Shown piece after piece: positions 57,720 through 64,000 of a stretch of DNA of 64,000 nucleotides. The notes below the pieces were generated by a model that searched no databases, was not told where the DNA came from, and saw only the letters and a program-made list of their open reading frames with translations. Position 1 is the first letter of the stretch. Each line of letters begins with the position of its first letter. The position numbers and the translations under genes are program-made. Source of the DNA: Minutocellus sp. GHC0000111 (taxonomy: Eukaryota); assembly GCA_977018835.1 (NCBI GenBank), contig OZ361257.1, forward strand, positions 434,001-498,000, given 5' to 3'.

Positions 57720-59950
57720 GATCTGCGTCATGACATTGAATCTCCACTGATCTTTTGCGTTCTTCTTGATGCGGCCTTCTGTTTTCACCTTGCTGTTGGC
57801 CTTGAAGGGCGCGTCACTTCAAGGCCTGTTGATTGGCTTTGCCCTGTTCTCCTGTTCTTCGATTGGGCTGGATGAAAGCGGATGAAGGAAAGACCAAAAA
57901 CAGTGCCGGTGCTGCTTGTTATTGGAGAAGACCTGCATTCTGAAGCCTCACGGAAAGGCCGGGAATGATTCGATGCATCGAGAACAGGCTCATGTCGATG
58001 TCGGGATTTAAGGCCTTAAATATCAATCGCGTCACAAAGAGCCACATGATGTCATCAGTTCGATGAATTTTGTGTTGAGTTTTGGTGCAATCTGACACAC
58101 TCGTGGCATGCCAATGCCGATTTTCAAAAGCCTTCTCTGCCATGCGTGCATCACACAGCTTCGGATTTTAGGCGGCATTTCCCGGTTTGCTCCTTGCGCG
58201 CTGGCGGCCACTGCTGGATGTCATTTGCCATGCCAATGCATTCATCAAACGTCATTTTTCCAAAACAAACCAAAAGCCCAGCAGCCATGTTCTGCCGCGC
58301 TACCATGACATAAAGCGCATGGAGAGGGAGCAGCAGCACCTTGAGCAGCAGGCCTTTACTTCTTCTGCTTGTTCCTCAACTTCGCCGCCCAGCGACGATC
58401 TTGGCTCAAACGAATTTAGGCCGACTGATGGCGTCAAGATCCCGAACCAGAGAAGCAGGCAGCAGGAGAAGTGGCACCAAGGAGAATGTCGTTGGACACA
58501 TTCGACGAAGAACAAACCTCATCGTCGTCCAAGACGGCGGCCGCAGCAACAAGCGGCAAAGCCCAGCACACTGCCGAACATCCTCTGCAAAAGCTGCACG
58601 TTCCAAAAAAGAGGAGAAAATTGCACATGTCAAACGAAAGCCACACAGAGCAAGAAGAGACTTTGAACCCCACGAAGATCGCATCACACACGCAAAGAGA
58701 GGCACGACGACACAGACTCTTCCAAACGAGCTGCTCATTGTCCTCGTCACCAGCAGGGCGCTTCTTGGCTGATTGGTCACATTCAACATCCATCATGTCC
58801 GCAGACCCGACAACAGACCGGTCGGGCGGCGGCACACAAAAGCTCCGAGTCTTCTTGTTCGATGACAGCGGAAACCAAATGCCACCGTCACCTAACTTCT
58901 CCTTTCGAACGGTCAAGATGGCGGCATTCACTCGCCTGTGTGTGGCTTCCTTGCTGAGAATCTCGTCCTGCATGTGATGAAAAGAGCAGGAGATGGAGTC
59001 ATCGACGTTGAGAAAAAATGTGGGAAGCAAAAGAGTTGACGCAAGGCTCTTGCGAAAAGACGGTGCAGCAAAACACAACTCGGGTGTGGTCCCGGTTTGA
59101 GAACAGGAATGTGTTGAAGCAAACGTGGCCAATGCATTGCAATCGTCAAACCGGGATGATCTCTTTCGTCACGCAAACGGCAGCGGCGATCGCCTTGCCT
59201 CCATGGTCAAAAGTTGAGCGAGAGAAAATGAAGCGCCTTGCTTTTGCTGTGTGTTGTGCTGACTTTCTGCAATGACGTGGTCATTTGCTCGGCCGGCGCT
59301 TGACAAAAATCATGCGGGTTTCTTTTTGCACCGCAAAAAACGGTGAGATCGCCCGACATGCCCCCGCCCCCTTCAAGATTTTGCCGCCCCCCCCCCCAAG
59401 CAGCAGCAGCACAAAAGTAGTAGCTTCCGGCGGAAGCACCTTCGCGGAAATCATGCAGAGGCTGCTGCACATGGAAGTCATTCAAGTGATGACGGGTTTT
59501 GGCGTGGCAGGCTCGCCGAGCCTGCCACAAAACACATTTTTTCTTCAGACATGAAAACTGAAGATGCGAAATTCTTTGTGTCTTTTTGCTCCTGCACGTA
59601 GAATTTGGTGGTACAAAACCGTCGTAGGGCAGCATGCTCTCTCGCGCCGCAACAGGGCCGCTTCTGCGGTCCCTCTTGTCGACGAAACACATTACCTCAC
59701 TTAGTGAGAGATTGTTTGCTGCACTTGTATTTGCTCTTTGGCGGCGCGACATGTTTCATTGAGGCAAGCAGAATCGACGTATCTGTGCCGACAGGTGATG
59801 TGTGCTCGTTTGACGTGCAAACTTTTTTGGGGGTCATCGGTATTTTTTTACTTGAGAGGGCCAATGATTTCCATGTGTGGTTTCCCGGTTTTGGCAAGGC
59901 ATCCATCCACGGGAAATGAATTTCACTGACCAAAGACTTTGCTGTAATCA
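57720..59950. other. TpA-depleted decayed sequence (probable hypermutated gene or element relic)
   Basis: One TA in 58441-59400 by manual count; overlapping Tyr-free ORFs rich in Cys/His. Confidence 0.7.
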
Positions 59951-59976
59951 TTTGAGACCAACAACTTCCAATAACA

Positions 59977-60828
59977 ATGTTTTATCGATTTCATGACTTG
60001 AAGAGACTGCAGAGGGAGCAGAGCCGCTCTTCCTCGTCGATTACCTCGTCGTCGTCGTCGTCGTCGTCACTTTCACATCATTGCCCGAGTGAAAGTAGCA
60101 AGCCTCAAAACGGGAAATCCGACGACGACAGGAATTCGAATTCAGAAGAGACAGTGCCCCAAAAGAAGAACAGTACTCCAATCAAACAGAGACAGAATGC
60201 AGATCGTTTTGCCAATCTCTGCGAGCAGTTGGGGACTGAGCTCGATGAGGTGACGCAGACTTGTCTGGAGTACAGCCTTCCTGTAACACTACCTGCCCTC
60301 TCGTGGCTTTTGGGATATTCTCGAGCTGGCGTATGGTTCTGCATCGCGACTGTCATTGTCCATACTATAGAGAGTGCACTCACCAACTTTGGACCTCAAA
60401 CCGTTGGGTTCCGGTGTAATTTTGCTCCGGTATCTCCAGTGAAACACATGATTATTGATTGTGTAATTATTCTGAGCCATTCAATATCCTACGTCCTCTT
60501 TCCACATCACTTTGGGAAGCATCCGTATGTTTTATCGTTTTGCATCATTTGCACTCTGCCATACTACGTTGCATCGAGCTATAAGACGCATTTGCATAAA
60601 ACTCGGAGAGAGCAAATGAAGAAACCAAGGAACGCGTGCACACATGCTACTGGTAGTTGCCATGCTACAGTCGTCGCAAACAAAAAAGTAACGACAGGCA
60701 CGGCGAGGTCAAACAACGGCGCATCCGATTCACACGCACCGTTGAGCTCTAGACCAATCAACCATCTTCTTCAGCGTCGGCGTCATCCAACAACAGCGTC
60801 GTTGCAGAAGAGGCAGGGCTCCAAATAA
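59977..60828 (+). CDS. Hypothetical membrane protein
   Basis: 283-aa ORF; Ser-rich N-terminus, about 4 hydrophobic segments. Confidence 0.55.
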   Translation: MFYRFHDLKRLQREQSRSSSSITSSSSSSSSLSHHCPSESSKPQNGKSDDDRNSNSEETVPQKKNSTPIKQRQNADRFANLCEQLGTELDEVTQTCLEYSLPVTLPALSWLLGYSRAGVWFCIATVIVHTIESALTNFGPQTVGFRCNFAPVSPVKHMIIDCVIILSHSISYVLFPHHFGKHPYVLSFCIICTLPYYVASSYKTHLHKTRREQMKKPRNACTHATGSCHATVVANKKVTTGTARSNNGASDSHAPLSSRPINHLLQRRRHPTTASLQKRQGSK

Positions 60829-61052
60829 ACATTTCTCAGGTTTAAACAATAACTTTATGGTATGTCGAAGTTTGACGTATTGTACTCCTCCGGCTTTATT
60901 ATATTGAGCAGCATGGTTAGCTCGGGCCTACACAGCTGAATGTGTATTTGTCCTCTCTATATAGTGACGAACTACAACTACGTAGCTTAAACTATAACAC
61001 CAAAAGGAGTGTCGACATTTTCAACAAATGTCTACAGTGCAAAAGGACGGTT

Positions 61053-62303
61053 TCAACCATCGAGGACCGAAGCCACCATAGAGTTGGCCACACTGCTACC
61101 GAGAAGAGTGCCCCAGCCAGGCCACATGGTGGTTCCATATGCTCCACCGTACGACGCAGCGACCCATCCAACTCCACGGGAGAATGCGATGCGGCACGAC
61201 TTGAGAAGCAGCAGCATCGTGACGGCGGCTACCTCATCCTCCTGGTTGGCGTCCTTCTTCTTGGGCTCCTCGCTGTCCCAACCGTCCTCCAGGATGCATA
61301 TCTCATCACCGGCGGCAGCATCATCGGCATCACTCGGTGGGACCATGATGGCATCGGTGCCATCATCGCCGGTGCCAAAGTCCATGCTGGAGGTCTTGGC
61401 AACCTCCTCACCTTCCACAACCTCCATCTCGGTACCGTCAATCTCATACTCCAGCTTGGCGAGCTCCTCGTCCTTTCGTCGTCGCGCCTGTTGTCCCTTC
61501 CAGAAGGTGTAATACCCATAGGCCAGGACAGACCACTGCACCGTGGCATCGGCCAAGAAGGGAATGGCATTGGCCCATAGACACGTGGTGATCATCTCCG
61601 ACCTCGTCAGCTTATTGCCGTTGGCGTCCCGTCCATTCCGTTCCACCTTGCGCCGACCACTGGCAAAGGTATCCTTGGTCAACTTGTCGAGCACCTCATC
61701 GCCCACCTTGAGCCGTCTGTCGGCAATGCGCTCGTACAGCCGAATCAGGAGCGTGGTGGCCTGGAACTTTCCAAAGGCCACCAAAGCCTTCATCTTGTAG
61801 TCTGCCCAACGCATCTTCCACTGCACATCCTCCCATGCCTTGTTGCGGTCGTCGCATTCCGTGGCGGTAATTTGGCCGCTGGTGACCAGCTTTTCGTTGG
61901 CGGTTTCGTACTCGATTTGATCGGTCACGTAGGTGGCGAATATGGTCGAGGCGGTAATGGAACTGATGCGAATGATGGAGATGAGGAATGGACGGGGATG
62001 CAAATGTGCGAAAAATGTTTTGCGATCCGAGAGGAGTGATCGATCGGACAATTTTGGGGAGGTTATAGCTATAGAAGCCGAGGTAGCCAATATGCGAGTG
62101 TCTTTGGCAGGAGTGTTGGGTTGATTGCTATTGGATGGGCGTCCAGTACACGTCGCATTACCACCGGCCATAAGTTTTGGCCGTGCGGTATCAACGCTCG
62201 CTTGTTTCGAGCATATGACGCGCTGGTCGCCTGCGAGGGCGCTTCCGCCGATCCAACCGACCCATCCCTCGACAGAAGGGCACGGTTGCTTCATAATGGA
62301 CAA
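61053..62303 (-). CDS. Hypothetical protein with C-terminal Gly-zipper-like hydrophobic segment (5' structure uncertain)
   Basis: Long ORF ending ASYGGAYGTTMWPGWGTLLGSSVANSM; 5' part may be intronic. Confidence 0.6.
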   Translation of the reverse strand: MSIMKQPCPSVEGWVGWIGGSALAGDQRVICSKQASVDTARPKLMAGGNATCTGRPSNSNQPNTPAKDTRILATSASIAITSPKLSDRSLLSDRKTFFAHLHPRPFLISIIRISSITASTIFATYVTDQIEYETANEKLVTSGQITATECDDRNKAWEDVQWKMRWADYKMKALVAFGKFQATTLLIRLYERIADRRLKVGDEVLDKLTKDTFASGRRKVERNGRDANGNKLTRSEMITTCLWANAIPFLADATVQWSVLAYGYYTFWKGQQARRRKDEELAKLEYEIDGTEMEVVEGEEVAKTSSMDFGTGDDGTDAIMVPPSDADDAAAGDEICILEDGWDSEEPKKKDANQEDEVAAVTMLLLLKSCRIAFSRGVGWVAASYGGAYGTTMWPGWGTLLGSSVANSMVASVLDG

Positions 62304-62642
62304 TATCTTGCCTTGAGAAGAAAAGGATGAACGAGAGATGGCCTCGTATCTTCTCCGTTCTTCCTCAAGTGTGGCCCTCCTTTTGCTTGCTGAACCTGGA
62401 AAATGGTCTAACCGTCATCGGGTAAGATGATTTCAGTAACTACGAGGTCCGGGACAGCAATTTCGGGGACCCGGTTTTTTGGGTCTTTGGACTTTCCGAC
62501 ACGGCGGTTTGCGCGCACCTTGAAAAACACGCGGCAAAGCAAGCAAATCAAAACACATCCGTCAACAACCGACCTCCAAGCAATTACCACAAATAGACTG
62601 GGCAACTTCTGCCGACTGGCGCTTCAAGAAGCTTCCATACTC

Positions 62643-63779
62643 ATGGATACTCCAAAGGGACACATCTTCAGTCCACCGCGTCCACCGAAACGCGCCGAGG
62701 CGACTGCATTCAGCCCCTCGCGCCATGAGAAGGAAACTTCCAACGAAACGCCGGAACATCCGCGGTATCGAGAGAACAAGGACAACGATGACGAGGAGGA
62801 CAACCAAGGGGTCCCACCGGCATCGTCAGACCTCACATCTCCTCGTGTGTTGAAATATCGACGCGAGTACAACGAAGAGGATGGCTTCGCCGCCGAACAA
62901 GCCCAAGCAAGGAAGTACTTGCATCATGACATATTGCGTGCCGACTTTCGCGGTACCGCTACCGTTTCATCTCATTCTGATGAAGATGATTCATTCTCAG
63001 AGATGAGCATAGCAACCGCCGACGCAAAGCCAAGCGGCGAGAGGAGAAAGCCCGTGAGCTCATTCGACCTTCCCTCCGCCACGCCCATGGTAACAAGTCC
63101 AATGTCAGTTCATACTCAGTATGCTCTTACCCCAAGCCGCTCATGCCCGTCGTTCAGCAACCTTCAATTGTCATCCCCTACCATCTTGGAGCCCTTGCCT
63201 CCAACCGAACCAACCGAACGACAGATTGAACGAGAGGTTGAGGAACATCGGAGGCTTGCGTGCTTTTTGACGTACGGAGAAGCACCACTACCACAAGAAA
63301 TAAAGAACTACAAGTCACCCACATGTAGTCAGAGGCCCGAACCAAGAAGAAAAGAGAAAGGGGTCTACCTCCCCTTCAAACAAGTTCCTGGTTGGGGTAG
63401 CGAGGTCGCGGTCACCACAGTGCTAGGCATGATCGAAGTCGATCGCCAAGTAAGAGAGGGTCGTGGTGCCTACCCGAAAGGGTGGAGAAGCAGAGAACTC
63501 GGATTGTATGATAACAAGACAATAGAATTCTCTATTGCATTATCTACTGACAAGATTGCATTAGATGCATATAAGTTGGGATATGAGGATGGGAGTAGAC
63601 AACCAACTGCTCACCCTGCCCTCACTGACAATAAACTTGCCGATGCATATGGTGTGAAGCGCGGAAAGATTCGTCAGTCCCTCCACGCTGTGTGGCTTTC
63701 TAATGATCATAAGAAGGCCAAGGAGGCAAAAAAGAATACCGGTAGAAATAGAAGAACAAAGAAGCCCACCGTGACATAA
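62643..63779 (+). CDS. Hypothetical 378-aa protein, probable passenger of the second element; HTH-like motif near C-terminus
   Basis: Intronless ORF; Pro/Ser-rich N-terminus; TDNKLADAYGVKRGKIRQSL and basic tail. Confidence 0.6.
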   Translation: MDTPKGHIFSPPRPPKRAEATAFSPSRHEKETSNETPEHPRYRENKDNDDEEDNQGVPPASSDLTSPRVLKYRREYNEEDGFAAEQAQARKYLHHDILRADFRGTATVSSHSDEDDSFSEMSIATADAKPSGERRKPVSSFDLPSATPMVTSPMSVHTQYALTPSRSCPSFSNLQLSSPTILEPLPPTEPTERQIEREVEEHRRLACFLTYGEAPLPQEIKNYKSPTCSQRPEPRRKEKGVYLPFKQVPGWGSEVAVTTVLGMIEVDRQVREGRGAYPKGWRSRELGLYDNKTIEFSIALSTDKIALDAYKLGYEDGSRQPTAHPALTDNKLADAYGVKRGKIRQSLHAVWLSNDHKKAKEAKKNTGRNRRTKKPTVT

Positions 63780-63872
63780 ACAAACCAATGCTGCTGCATC
63801 TTACATGTAGATCTATAAATAATTTGTAGACGTGTAACATTTATAATACATGTGTAAAGACATTAACACTAT

Positions 63873-64000
63873 CTATTTATTAGAAGGATGACGAGCTGAG
63901 GGCTCCATCCCCTTGGCCGTTTCGTTGAAGTCGATCCTAATTCCAGTGTGCAAGTTTTCGTCACCCAACCTTCCAACAAACTCATTGCTACCACCGGGCT
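63873..64000 (-). CDS. C-terminal end of a mariner-like transposase (partial)
   Basis: Manual translation PGGSNEFVGRLGDENLHTGIRIDFNETAKGMEPSARHPSNK* aligns with KGNNDFLGNGEGIHVGVRKDFRPTENGM of the 55925-57442 transposase. Confidence 0.72.
   Translation of the reverse strand, partial: PGGSNEFVGRLGDENLHTGIRIDFNETAKGMEPSARHPSNK

Larger units (their letters stand above)
62443..64000 (-). mobile_element. 3' portion of a second, related mariner-like element running off the window
   Basis: TA+cgaggtcc terminus at 62441-62450 resembles the first element's ends; transposase-like C-terminus on the minus strand at 63873-64000. Confidence 0.65.

Noticed and set aside
59355..59400. C-rich segment as a transposon terminus
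   Set aside because: No partner inverted repeat or TSD found in the window
57919..59951. Many overlapping ORFs as real genes
   Set aside because: Loss of TA removes TAA/TAG stops and inflates ORFs on both strands; no recognisable domain

Overview
Eukaryotic nuclear DNA, almost certainly from a diatom. The evidence is GT-AG introns, bipartite ASAFAP-type plastid presequences, a frustulin-type cell-wall gene and a silaffin-like gene with RXL/KXXK motifs. The window is gene-dense: RAD51 (1.2-kb intron, 12-nt microexon), a Ctr copper transporter, an F-box/beta-helix protein, an alpha/beta hydrolase, a kynurenine-3-monooxygenase-like enzyme with a degenerate head-to-head partner, RPL13A, two tandem plastid bS21 genes, an MFSD5/MOT2-like transporter, a D27-like carotene isomerase, a BRO1/ALIX-like protein, a class-3 lipase, an ADISSP/C20orf27-like protein and a 2OG-Fe(II) oxygenase. 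Most notable: (1) two blocks (about 14.2-17.4 kb and 57.7-59.6 kb) are almost free of TpA dinucleotides and show apparent Tyr->Cys/His replacements, suggesting targeted TA->TG/CA (A-to-G) hypermutation next to mobile or repetitive DNA; (2) a complete TA-flanked DD38D Tc1/mariner element and the end of a second related element, each carrying an antisense passenger ORF; (3) a duplicated cassette of a single-pass membrane gene plus a convergent small Cys-rich secreted gene. Several 1-nt frameshifts in short homopolymers probably reflect assembly error. All calls are from reading the sequence; no searches were run.
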